A stretch of DNA of 64,000 bases from Callorhinchus milii (Eukaryota). The notes under the pieces were generated by a model that was given only the letters and a program-made list of their open reading frames with translations, was not told where the DNA came from and did not search any database. Shown here in pieces: positions 12,501-25,003 of this stretch. Location of the stretch: NCBI RefSeq assembly GCF_018977255.1, contig NW_024704742.1:24988001-25052000 (forward strand), in the 5' to 3' direction. Every line of letters begins with the position of its first letter. Positions within the stretch are counted from its first letter, which is position 1. Both the position numbers and the translations under genes were made by a program.

Positions 12501-13888
12501 ATTTTACCTAAAACAGCCAAAAAGTGAAGTCCAGGATATCGAGAAAAGTTCCCTTCTCATTTAAAATAGTGCCAAGGGATCTTTAATGCTGCTTTAACAG
12601 GCAGACAGGATGTTTGTTTAACATCTCATCTGAAAGACAGTAACACTAACAATACAACAGTCTTCCAGCTCTGTACTGGAGCACAGTCTAGACTGTGAGC
12701 TCAAAGTCCTGATGTGGGATTCAACCTTCTGTCCAAAGCCTGTAGAGCAGCAAGGAATTTGGATCCTGAGTTAAGTTCATGAATAAAATGTTGTCAGAGG
12801 AATGACCTTCGTTTAACTATAATTAGATAAGGTCTCTGTTTGATAAGGAGTGACTTCAACCAACCTGACATGAACTGTGAAATCCGTACTAGAATAAAAA
12901 GAAATGTAAGTTAAATGTGCCTTGGAACGTCCTCCTGATGTGAAAGGCACAATACAAATGTAATTTGCTGTTGTTGTTGGTACGAGATAGCCTCTTGACT
13001 CAATGCATCAAGCATCCTGCTAGCAGTAACATATCTACATCTTGTTCTTACAGCATGTGCAGTAAAATCATAGGTGAAACCTCTGGGAACACTGACTTCG
13101 ATAAAATTAAAGTTAATATTAATTTACATTCACACACTTCAGATTTCTTGCCCCTCTTTGCTTTGATCTTGTGAAAAAACTTTTTTATCACTTCAGCACA
13201 ATCACCTTTTACACGATCAGGATGAAGGCCATAAATCTATTTGAGGCAGAACATAATCGTGCATGATGTTCCAGTATGTAATAATAATAAAATAAAAATT
13301 GGTCACTCACTCCATGTCTATTTATGGCACCTTACTGTGTGCAACTGGCTGCCTCGGTTCGCCCACAAAATGCAGTCAATCCATTTTATAGTATATCCTG
13401 TGAAGCGCTTTGAGATGTCTCAACAATGTAATAGGGTCCTATATCAAATGCAAGGATTATTATTAATAAGTCATATTTTCTTGAGTACAGACCATACTCA
13501 TTGCTCCTTTGACCAACTGTCCTTCCTGGATATACAACCCATTCAAGATTGAATGGGTTGTATATTCAGGAAGGACAGACTCACCAACCTTGTGTTGAAA
13601 TAAATGACCTTTTTAAGGCATGAATTTATTGCTGTCATTCAGTTGATTGGAAGAGGAAGTCTCACTTTTACGCCAGCTCAACACTTGGCAGGAGTAAAAA
13701 TGAAGCAAGACCTCTGAACTAATTTTAGCATGACGCAGTTTAACATGATCACAAAGGGAGACATCTCAACACTTTCTTGTGCCACAAGAGCAGAATATCT
13801 AGGAAGGTGCAGGAGAGGAAAATACTGCAAAGAGAAATGTACCCTCTCTTTGAAGTTGGTGTCTTCAGAGGTAATTAACACATGTGGC

Positions 13889-14560
13889 AACAACAACAAC
13901 AACTTGGATTTATATAGAGCCCTCCACGCCGGAGGGCGTCTCAGAGCACTTTACAGTAACGGATCCCGGGACCGAGCCAGGGGGAGGGGAGGAAGGTGAC
14001 CAAAGGCGCGGTCGAAAAGAAAGATCTTTAGCAGAGACCTGAAAATAGGAAGAGAGGGAGCGAGGCAAAGGGAGTGAGGCAGGGAGTTCCAGAGCCTCGG
14101 GGCATAGTGGCTGAGGGTGGAGCGGAGAACTCGGGGGACGTCAGACCCGGAGGAACGAAGGCAACGGGTACTGTTTTGAGGAGAGGAGGTCAGAGAGGTA
14201 GGGGGGTGCGGAGGAGTGCAGGGACTTGAATACAAGTGTGAGGATCTTGAAATCGATCCTCTCTGGGACAAGCAGCCAGTGCAGTCTGGCAAGGACTGGG
14301 ATGATCGGGGAGCGGAGTTCCATGCGGGTGTTAATCCGGGCGGCAGAGTTTTGAATTATTTGGATTTTATGGATGGTAGTGGAGGGGAGGCCGGCAAGGA
14401 GAGCGTTGGAGTAGTCCAGCCAAGAGGTGACAAAGGCATGGACCAGGGTTTCAGCGGCTTTTGGGGAGAAGTATTGGCGGAGACAGGCGATACGTCGGAG
14501 GTGGAAGAAGGTGGTGCTAGTGAGGGACCGCATGTGGGGTAGGAAGGATGGAAGAAGGAG
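13889..14560 (-). mobile_element. L2-clade LINE 3' fragment
   Basis: FFHLRRIA..AETLVHAFVTS.LDYSNALLAGLP..IQNSAAR..LHWL translation; (CAA)n tail on +. Confidence 0.9.
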
Positions 14561-16680
14561 GCAATAATAATAATATTAATATTAATAATAATAATGCTTG
14601 CATTTGATATATTTGCAATGTTTATTTTCATAATGTACGCACTGGCCATCTGGGTGATGTAGTAAATATATTTTTTATTCTCACAGTAGCTTAGACTGTT
14701 CATATCCTGACAATTAAGATACATTTACCATTCATTTATTTTCACTTATTTGAGCCCAAAATACTTCCAATTTACTGCATTTAGGTTAGGACTGAGGACA
14801 TCACTTCCCAGCACACTGGTCACAGTTTTGTTGTTTGTTGTTTTAATTAAACAAGAAAAGTTTCAATACACCTCAGGAATGGAATAAGAAGCACTAGAAG
14901 TATGAGGAATCACTGTGGTAATCAATGCTATTTGGCAAGCTTTCAATAGCATGGTAATTAGATAGACGCTTTCTGAACTTTGGATCTTTGGTTAAGATGT
15001 TAAACTGAAGTCCTTGTTAATCCTTCTCATTTTGAATATTGTGATGCAAAGTTTTTCTTGGCGTCCCGATAAAATCGCTCATTTCACTTCATGTCTCAAT
15101 GACGAGATAAGGCGCTATATCAAATGCAAGGATTGTTATTTTTATTATTATTCACTTCATGGCTGTTTGTTTGTGTAACTGCCTGCTGCATTCGCCTACA
15201 AATAATTATTGCACTTTATAGAATTCCTTGTGAAACATTTTGACATGATAAGTGCTACATCAAATGCAAGAATTATTGTAACATTACAAGTTTTATCCCT
15301 GCTCGCAGGCACTATAATTGGTCTCTGTATTTTAGCTAGGCAGGGAACATCCAGTGAGTGGGGCTAGTCCTGATCACTGTACAGAGACCTCTGCTGGAAA
15401 GAGGATGGGAATGTACATCCTCTTTCCCATAATGTACCCCATCCTCTTTCCCATAATATACGGTCAATTCACTTTACAGCATATTCTGTGAAGCGCTTTG
15501 AGACATCTAGAAGACGTGAAAAGCGCTATATCAAATGCAAGTACTATTATTATTATTGTTACATCATTTTGTTGCCCATCCGGCTGTCTTAAAAGTAAAA
15601 CAAAAATTGTACAATATTCCATAATTCCATTACCAAGTCAGGTTTGGCCTTGTCGGTGAGTCTCTTGGGTGAGGGGGTCAAATAGAATACCAATAAGGCT
15701 CACTTGTGATTAATGCTACTTGGGCAAGGTAGTCATGTGCTGCCTTATCATCTGAGCAATCTTATTCCAGCATCAGCTGGTGTCTTTAAGAGACTTGTTT
15801 TCTTTACCACCCCATCCATTTAAAGTGTATTTGATAGCTCTACATGTTGGTCAATTGAAATAGAATTGAAATCTGGGGCAATGATGCAACGTGAGGCTTT
15901 ATCTGCTGTCATCATGTGTTGTACACACTGAGCTGCTTTCTGTTTACAACCCACTTCCTGCAACTGGGAATTTAACTTATTGAACAAAACAAATGTTTCC
16001 AGCTGAATGAGGACAACTTCATTCTGCTCACAGAACCATTTGCCAAAGGATGTAACCATAACAAATGGCCTGAGTCAAATGCCCCAGACTGCATTGTTGC
16101 ATTAAGGAGCAACATAGCGATAATGAGTTTATTTTTTAAATAAATCTTTAGCGTCAGTAGGAAGTTTTTTTTGTTTGTTTATATCATATATATCATATAT
16201 AGTTCCTGTGCATTTACTTAGGGAATGAGAACTAAGAAAGTTTATTGTTGGCATGATAAACTGGCTGGCATCCCAATAGTTATTCAAATCAGTGTTTGAT
16301 TTGTGTGCTTTCCCTTTTACAAGCAAGAATTTAATCTAGAGGAACTGGTAACATATTTTTCCTTTTTATTTATTTTAACAAACCTGTACATGTTTCAACT
16401 TGTCAGATAATTTTGCTGATTTGGTATTTCAAACTTAAAAATATTTAAATCCTTGTTGAATCTTTTGAACACTTGTTTTGACTTTGGACAACATTGTAAA
16501 GACCGAGTCAGAAAAGCAGGGCATATGTTTTTAAATCTAGTCAGCACCAAACCTTTCACCAAACCTATCATTGAACATGACAATCTAGACTAAACTCCAC
16601 TTGGTTCAATTGAAACGTTCATAAACATACATTGCAACTGAGGATAAAGTACTTAAGTTATGTTTTTCTCTCTGTTATAT

Positions 16681-17194
16681 AATAATAAATAATAATAATC
16701 CTTGCATTTGAGATAACGCCTTATCACGTCTTTGAGACATCTCAAGCGCTTCACGGAATATACTGTAAAGTGAATTGACTGTATATTTTGTGGGCGAAAC
16801 ATAGCAGTCAATTGTGCACAGCAGTGTCCCACAAACAGTTATGGATGAGTGACCAAATTATTATTTTATTTATTGATTGATTGATTCATTGATTGCTTGA
16901 TGGGATTATTATCCCCAGAAAAACGATCCGCCAATCAACTGACGACTGGATTCCTATTTACTGCTAGGTAAACAGAGGCATGTGGAATAAGGAAACTTGC
17001 CTAACTTTTCGCTCTGCGCTATAAGGTGCTATCTCAAATGCAAGGTTAGTATTATTTATTATTATATGACAGAGAGATAAACATAACTTAGGTGCTTTAA
17101 TCTCAGATGCAAATTACGTTTAATGAATGTTACATCAAACCCAGGTCCTCTCGCTTGCAAGGCGAGTGCGCTAACCAATACGCTACAGAATTCC
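16681..17194 (-). mobile_element. tRNA-derived SINE, long subfamily, interrupted at 17021-17131
   Basis: Body 16681-17017; head resumes at about 17137. Confidence 0.85.
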
Positions 17195-17918
17195 ACAACA
17201 GTACAACCGACTCCCATAGACCAATGTCTTTAAATATACAAGCTAGTTGCTACTCAAGAGGGCTGAAATTTCAACCATATGACATCTTGTGGCCTCTGAT
17301 GGGATACATTCCCAACCCCCACCCCCCACCACCCCCAAACCCACCTTCCTCCTCTCCCTATATATTGCAGATTGTTTGTTAGTAAACAGAATTCAAGCTC
17401 ACTAATCCCTTAACCTGTATTGTGGAATGGAAAGGTTCACAATATTGACATACTTGCGAATGGATGATCTTGCACTAAAAGGTTAAATACTTAGGAGGTT
17501 TGTATCATTCTAATGATGGGGATGGTTGGCATTGGGCACTTCATATGTGGAGGATAAGGACACAAATGCCTATCTAAAATGTTTGTGTAATAAGCTCCAG
17601 TTACTCTTGTAAACAAAAATGTGGCACTGTGTCTAATTTCGATAGAGGTAAAGCTACAAGCGTTGAGTTGATGGGTAATGTGTCAGAAGCCTGAAATTAA
17701 GAATGTTTCTAAAGCAAATTATTTGCCTTTTTGATCGGGTTAATTATCACAGGTTGGATCCCGATTTTGAGTATTTTGCAAAGCTGTAGTAGAAAACAGA
17801 AATATATTAAGCTTAAAACTTTTATTCTTGTACATTGTGCTCAAATTCTATTCAGTACAATTTAATTCATGGGTGTTGCTAAGTCTTGTAGGAAAGTTTT
17901 CATTTATGTAAGTGTTGA

Positions 17919-18325
17919 AACAACAACAACAAAATTACATTTGTATAGCACCTTTCATGTCTTGAGGTTGTCCCAAGGCGCTGGACAATCAGTGTTTTGG
18001 ATCTGAGCAGGGGGTCAAGATCGGGGAGGGTGGAGGGCAGGGGAGGAAGGAGGGTGACCAAAGGCACAGCCTAAGAGGAGGGTCTTGAGACAGGTCTTGA
18101 AGGTGGCAAGGGAGGGGGTGAGGCAGAGGGACTGTGGAATGGAGTTCCAGAGGGTGGCGGCAGAATGGTAAAAGGCCCACCCGCCAATGGTGGGGCGGGC
18201 GAGGTGGAGTCCGCTGAGTGGGCAGGTTGGTAGAGGATTAGGAGGTCACAGAGGTAGGAGGTAGCAAGACCATGGAGGGCTTTGAAAGTGAGGACCAGGA
18301 TCTTGAACTGTATCCTCTGTGTATT
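17919..18325 (-). mobile_element. L2-clade LINE 3' fragment
   Basis: RIQFKILVLTFKALHGLA motif plus family 3' end. Confidence 0.85.
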
Positions 18326-18984
18326 GCAGGGTAAGTTGACCCACCCACTCACTGAAATAATTGTTCTCAGAGACAACTGATGTGAAATGATCTAGTTTTG
18401 TTTTACACACTGTAAGGTAGTGCATTCTAACAGCAGAGAGCAATAAAAACAGGTCACCACGAAGTTCAGATTTTGACTTGCACGAAATGAGTGAGAAGAT
18501 TTCTAAGTACCGTCTGCTCCAAGATGCAAAAGGCCAATACTGGCCGCAGTTCTTAGCAAACTCTGGGTAATGTTCCTAACCGTCATGTCGTTGGTTTATG
18601 ATGGTTAATACATTTCTGTACGCGCTGCTTGTGGCACTGGCATGACCTTGAAACACAGAGAAGCGCTTCAGAGGCTCAGCATTTCTCATTAAATTAATTA
18701 GATGGAAACTACTTGTTTTTTTAAACAATTGTTGAAGTGTCTTATAAATTAACACTTTCCTCTTTGACCGTGCACATGGTCACCTCCCCCTCCCCCCCAC
18801 TCGGGGTAGTGCTCTGCCATGTGCTCTGCCACCGTCAAATGTTCTGAGACGCTACCCTGCGTGAAGGGGTGCTATATCAATGCAAGTTGTTGTTGTTGTT
18901 CAGGCTGAATTTCGACATTCTCCAAATCCTTAACGCAGATCATTCATCATCTGATCCTGTACCTGCAAAGCTTCTTATTATTGG

Positions 18985-19562
18985 CTCGACTATGCAAACG
19001 CTCTGCTTGTCGGCCTTCCCAACTCCTCCCTCCACAGGCTGTAGATAATCCAGAACTCTGCAGCCTGTGTCCTCTCCCGCACCAAACTCTGTGACCCCAT
19101 CTCCCCCATTCTCGCCCGACTCCATTGGCTCCCTATCCTTCAGAGGATCCAGTTCAAGATCCTGGTCCTCACATACAAAGCCCTCCACGGCCTCGCACCA
19201 CTCTACCTCTGCGACCTCCTAACCCCCTACCAACCCACCCGCTCCTTCCGCTCAGCCGGCTCTAGCCTGCTCCACGTCCCCCGACCCACCCACCCCACCA
19301 TTGGCGGGAGAGCCTTCAGTCACTCTGCCCCCATCCTCTGAAATTCCATCCCCCAATCACTCTGCCTCGCCCCTCCTTAGCCTCCTTCAAGTCCCGCCTC
19401 AAGATCCTCCTCTTTGACCATCCCATCGGCAACCCCCCTTCCCCTCCCTTCTCCCCCCCTGACCCCGAGCTCGGGTCTGAAATGCTGTACTCTGTCTAGC
19501 ACCTTGGGACGTCCTCCCAATGTGAAAGGCGCTATACAAATGTAATCTTGTTGTTGTTGTAC
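18985..19562 (+). mobile_element. L2-clade LINE 3' fragment
   Basis: Colinear with 2225-2790; TTG tail. Confidence 0.9.
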
Positions 19563-19651
19563 TACAATTTTCTTCAACTGATGTGGGAAAGAGAAACTGT
19601 GTCAGGGTGTGGGAGTGGTTGTGCAAGGGTGTGTTTGTGTGTGTATGTGTG

Positions 19652-19942
19652 GGCTGAGGAATGGGGGGGGCAGGGCTGGGAAATGGGGGGCAGAGCTGGG
19701 GAATGGTGGGGTCTTAGCTGGGGAATGGGGGGATCTTGGCTGGGGAATGGGGGGAGTCTTGTCTGGGGAATGTGGGAGGTCTTGGCTGGGGAATGGGGGG
19801 CAGAGCTGGGGAATTGGGGGGCAGGGCTGGGGAATGGGGGTAGGGCTGGGGAATGGGGACAGGGCTGTGGAATGGGGGGGCAGAGCTGGGGAATGGGGGC
19901 AGAGCTGGAATGGGGGGTAGGACTGGGGAATGGAGGGGCAAG
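19652..19942. repeat. G-rich minisatellite, unit about GCTGGGGAATGGGGGGCAGA
   Basis: Repeated unit of about 20 nt with two G-runs each. Confidence 0.95.
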
Positions 19943-21384
19943 GCTACTGTGTCTTGAAGTGTAATGTGAAATCCAGGATTGTTGCCTAAAATGCCCCCCA
20001 AACATTTGCTCACTCACTCCACGATTATTTGTGAGACATTGCTGTGCGTATTATGCTCTCAAAATTCACTTCACAATATTTTCTGTGAAGCACTTTGAGA
20101 CATCTCAATGACATGTTAAGCCGCTAGATCAAATACAAGGATTATTATTATTATAATGTGGCCAGTGGTAAAGTTGTTCAATGTCTTCGGGTCTGAGGAT
20201 GATCTCTGAGAGTAAGTTGGCTTTCCGCAGAGGCCTGAATTTCAGCTTGTCTGACCTGGTAAGCCCACTTTGTCTTAAAATTTAAGGTTATGCAGAAGTC
20301 TGCACAGTTCTTAAATTCAGTGATTTTGGAAGCTTCCGAATTCAGACTAAATTTAAGAATAGTTGGGTATTGATTTGAAGGGTTTGGAGCTATTACGACT
20401 TGTGCCTTGACCTCAAGTGACCTGTAAATAGTCTACGGCTTGTTTCATTTGTTTGAGTGATTGAATTTCATGTTAAATATAGTAGCCCGAAGGTCTAACC
20501 GTGTGATCATCTTAGTTTTTAATTCCACCTCACTTGGTTTAGCTCCAGGGAGCCTATAATTTCTTTGCTCTTGTGTGAATAGCTATTCACAAAAACTGTT
20601 TTTTTGAAAGAAAAAAAGTGCTGTCTGCTTTAGTTACTGTGGAACATGTAATTTGTCAGCTTCTGCCTCTGCAAACTGCCAAAAATATACAGTAATACTG
20701 ACTGGAATTTCAACCTCCAACACAGCAGGCAGATCATTGTAACTGTTTCCACCACGTAGGCAGGACATAGCATTCAACCAAATCATGAGTGTGTCGGCCA
20801 CTCTTCCAAGTGGACAGTAAATCCAACAACATAGCTGCCCATAACTTGTACAAAGTCTTTGAAAAGTAACATTGTATTCCTAGGTGTGCAGAATACTGTG
20901 ATTACCATGTGTGTGTTTTAACACCATGGTCCCATTTCAGTTAGACGGCTGATTTTAGAAACTGCAAATTTGCATGTTGTACATTAAATGACTGCTTAAA
21001 TATTTAACTGTAGGTTTGAAACTATTTGAATGCTTGCAGGATTGAGAGCTAAACCAGACATCTGGTCTCAGAGAACAGACCAACTGATTGAAACCACCAG
21101 CTATTATTATTACAAGTGTAGAATCTGCTCTTTAAAGTTAGTGCTTTACTCTATCTTGTCTCCTTAACCATCATTGAAATCATTGTGTCTATCAATATTC
21201 ATTGGACGCCTTTGTTACTGTACATCGATATGTTGATTTGACAGTTTAATCGAATCATAAAACATACTTTTTTTGAGCTGTATCCAGAACCTCCTTGTGT
21301 TTACTCTAATGCCTCTTTGCGGTAGTGATCAAATTGCCGAATCTAGAATTGGCCGACCCAATTCACATCAGGTGGTGTGCATGT

Positions 21385-21768
21385 GGAGTCCTGCAGCTCA
21401 GTGGTTAGAGCGCTTGCCTCGCACGTGAGGGAACCTGGGTTTGATTCCCAGCAGGGTAAAACGTAAGGCAAGTTTCCTTACTCCAAGCGCTTCTGTTTAC
21501 CTAGTGGTAAGTCGGAACCTGGTGTTAGTCGATTGGTGGATCGCTTTTCCGGGGATAATAATCCCTTCNAAAAAATAAAAATAATAATAATAATTTGGTC
21601 ACTCAATCCACGTCTATTCGTGGGACACTGCTGTGCACAATTGGCTGCTGTGTTTCCCCAACAAAAGTACACAGTCATTTCACTTTACAGTATATTCTGT
21701 GAAGCGCTTTGAGATGTCTCGAAGACATGATAAGGCACTACATCAAATGCAAGGATTATTATTATTAT
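21385..21768 (+). mobile_element. Full-length tRNA-derived SINE, long subfamily
   Basis: GGAGTCCTGCAGCTCAGTGGTTAGAGC head, GGTTTGATTCC box B, family body, ATT tail; one N at 21569. Confidence 0.9.
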
Positions 21769-22465
21769 GGTGATTAAATTTATATTCTGTTAGGTCTTCA
21801 GGCTTGGACACAGCTATAAGTATTAAACTAGGGGTTTAAACATTTCCATTCTTAAGGTGCCCAGCTTTGAGTGAAATCAATACAGTATCAACGTGCTAAG
21901 TTGTTCCAGTTCGCAAAAGAGACAGCAGTTGGAGCTAATTAATTCACTGTGGTGGGCATAGTAGGGAGGGCTGGTGTAACATCCTATTTAAAACTAACAT
22001 TTTGGCTATTGAGGGTAATCTGACCAGAGTGCAAAATTTGTCCATGGTGCTCAAATTTACTTTTAAATTCAGTCCTCCTAGTTGCCTCACGTGTTTCATT
22101 GCTGTAATTTGCGCTCTGTTTAGCCAAGCCAACATTCACAAACTTTACACGTGCTTTTAAATTGTAAATTTGCAGGAATCGTTCCTAAATGACATTGATG
22201 ACCAGAGCTCTAAAACTGTGATAAGAATAATCCTGGCATTTGATATAGTGCCTTATCACATCTTCGAAACATCTCAAAGCGTCACACTATCAAGTAAATT
22301 GACTGTATATATTTTTTGTGGGCTAAATGCGGCAGCCAATTGCACACAGCGGTGTCCCAAAAACAATCGTGGTTTGAGTGACCAAATGATTATTAGTATT
22401 TTATTTATTTGATATTGCTGTAGATAGATGTTTGATCACTGATGTGCTTGTCTTTTGTTTTGCAG

Positions 22466-22618
22466 TTCTGTGAGGTGGTGAAGACTATAATCCGGGACCA
22501 GAGGAGTGTTTTTGTCACTGCTGCGTTAGGCCTGGCTGGGATGTTTTGGCTGGGTTTGGGGCCTTCTACCACTCTTCCCACCATTTTGATACCCTTCTTG
22601 CTATGGATGGCTGGCTAG
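22466..22618 (+). CDS. LRAT: LRAT last coding exon (C-terminal membrane anchor)
   Basis: Acceptor TTTTGTTTTGCAG, then [50 protein letters not shown], which matches the vertebrate LRAT C-terminus (IIRDQRS...LWMAG). Phase 0 fits the upstream exon. Confidence 0.95.
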   Translation, partial: FCEVVKTIIRDQRSVFVTAALGLAGMFWLGLGPSTTLPTILIPFLLWMAG

Positions 22619-24424
22619 CTTGTGCCTTGACCTCAAGTGATCTGTAAATATGTTAATACCAATGATGTATAAAGAAGATGGACATGATTTTATAAATGTT
22701 TATGCCAGTGCCAAAATAGTTGGCCTTTTTGTGGGATGTAATTCCATCAAAACACAAAACAAACTGTATTAGCTTACTATGTAAGCCCATCTGATTTTAT
22801 TTTAATGGATATTTTATGTCAAGTAGGTTCCCAAAACTAAAACTTTTTGTAACTTACTACGTACTGTAACGCTAAGATTTTAGACATTTTTCACACTTTT
22901 TTATTTTAATGACTCTTTTGGCACTTAAAAAGTTTTCTAATTACAGAATGTTTTATTTGCCTGCCTTGACGTAAGCCACACAGAGCCAGCACTAACTTGA
23001 ATTGTTGGTCGAGATGCAATGGTCTTAATTTTATTTTTTGCACTTGTGTGGCTTATGTGTCAGCAATGTGTGCTTGGTCACAGAAAACTAAAATACAAGG
23101 AACTTCCATTATAACGTTGACTCACTTACAGTGCTGATGTCTTGTGGACACAAACTAACTGGAAGCAATGTACACTTGGCTGGCCTCTGACCTGACTCGC
23201 CTTCTGCTTGCATTGCATTTTCGGGTCACTTCCTCCAGCGTGCACTATGCGCAGGAAATGCAGCTGATGTGACCGTGCCAAGGAAATTGACAGCGGCATT
23301 TCTGCATCATGCACCATGTGCAGGAAGTGATGTCAGCATCGAACCGGCAACCTGGAAGTTTATCTTTTTTCATGTTTTGCTCATAACGTGGCCTCTGAAC
23401 TATTGACCGCAGTGGACCATGTTACAACAAGGTTCCTCAGGGTATGGATTTTCAGCAGCACTGACACATTTCAGTGGCTCCTAAATGGCAGAGAAAGCTC
23501 GTTGTGTCTATTCCCTATTCCTTTGTTCAAAATCTTTCTGAATAAGAAATAAAAATAGTGTATTCTTCTTAAAATTCCAAGTTTGTTGAGTAGTCTTTAC
23601 ATGAACACAAAGGTTCGCAGGACAAAAACGTCACAAAATAAAAAAAATTGTAGGGAGGGTTTTTATATCAAAAAAATCGAGAAAATCAGGGGCGAAAATA
23701 AATGAACAGATCACCCTGTAAATTCAGTGAAAATAAGTATTGATTCTGAAATTTCTCACCCTCCCCACCTCATACATGGATTGTCACTTGTGTGATGTTT
23801 ATGTACTCATCAGTAATGAATTGCACTTGGTGACGTTGGTGGCACCAACTAACAATGTCAAGTGAGGATTAAATAAACTGGATGAGTGCTGTGTTGTACA
23901 AGGACTTGTTAATCTATTCCTTAGAAGCTGATGTCTTATCTTTCCTTTGTTAAATAACTAGTTTATTGAAAACTTTCACCTCCCATTGTTCTTGAATCCT
24001 CAATGATGTGGGTCCAAGCTGGTTAGTAATTTGTAGGGTTACGAATTTTTAGCATGCAGGAATTTGCAAAGGGCATTCTGCCCAGTCCTTTTCTAAACCA
24101 CACCAAAGCTTTTCCTATCAACAACTGTAGACCCCAATGTATCTGAACAAAACCCTGCTGACTCGCTCCAACTCCTCAATGTCTCTGAGCAAAACCTCCA
24201 GATTATTGGGTAATTATCATTTTAACAGGAAAAAAAACTCAAAGTTGTGATGGGAGTTGATTATTCTGGATGGATGAGATCGAAGAGACTTGTTCAACCT
24301 GGACCTTTCCCATGATCTTATGATTGATGCTAAGATGCACTTAAGTACAGAAAGCAATCAACTTCCATGCTAGTAATGAAAACAAAATGCAACAAAACAA
24401 CTTTTCTGCAAGTACAATCCTGAG

Positions 24425-25003
24425 CTTCCGGTTTCTTGCCACTTCAATTCTCCTTCCCACTTGCACTCTGACCTCTCCATCCACGGTCTCCTACGCTGTT
24501 CCAATGAACCACAATGCAAGCTCGAGGCGCAGCACCTCATTTATCTGCTGGGGGCCTACAGCCCTCTGGCCTCAATGTTGATTTCAACAATTTCAGACCA
24601 TAACAGCTCACATTCCCCCACCCCCTCTTCTGTGACCATTACCACATCATCTGGGTCCCAGACACACTTTTTCTCTCTCTGGTTCTGCCTATTTTGTTGC
24701 AATCTTTCCCCCCACTTTGTTCTGCAGTATTAACACCTCTATTCCCCTGTTGTGTTGCAATCCCCCGCTTTGTTTTGCATCATTACCACTTTTTAACCCA
24801 TCATCCCCTGTCCTCTACCTCATTTTCTCTTTTGTCTTCCTTGTCCTGCCTCCCCCCTCTCTGTTAGCCCTTAAAAGCCTCTCCCTCCCAATATGCCCCA
24901 GTTCTGATGAAGAGTCGTAGACCCGAAACGTTGACTCACCTTCCTTTCTATATAGATGCTGCTTGACCTGCTATGTGTTCCCAGCGACTTCGGTTTTTGT
25001 TGC
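24425..25003 (+). mobile_element. Penelope-like retroelement 3' fragment (GIY-YIG endonuclease C-terminus plus terminal repeat)
   Basis: LPVSCHFNSPSH.HSDLSIHGL...KLEAQHLIYLLG..P.GLN resembles the Penelope endonuclease end; followed by a pyrimidine-rich UTR and a hammerhead motif. Confidence 0.8.
24897..24937 (+). ncRNA. Minimal type I hammerhead ribozyme motif
   Basis: AGTT-CTGATGA-AGAGTC-GTA-GACCC-GAAA-CGTT-GACT: core CUGANGA and GAAA, stem II with one mismatch, palindromic ACGT stem III, short stem I AGUU/GACU. Confidence 0.7.

Noticed and set aside
15416..15460. Short tandem duplications here and at about 63894-63943
   Set aside because: Ordinary slippage duplications at repeat edges.
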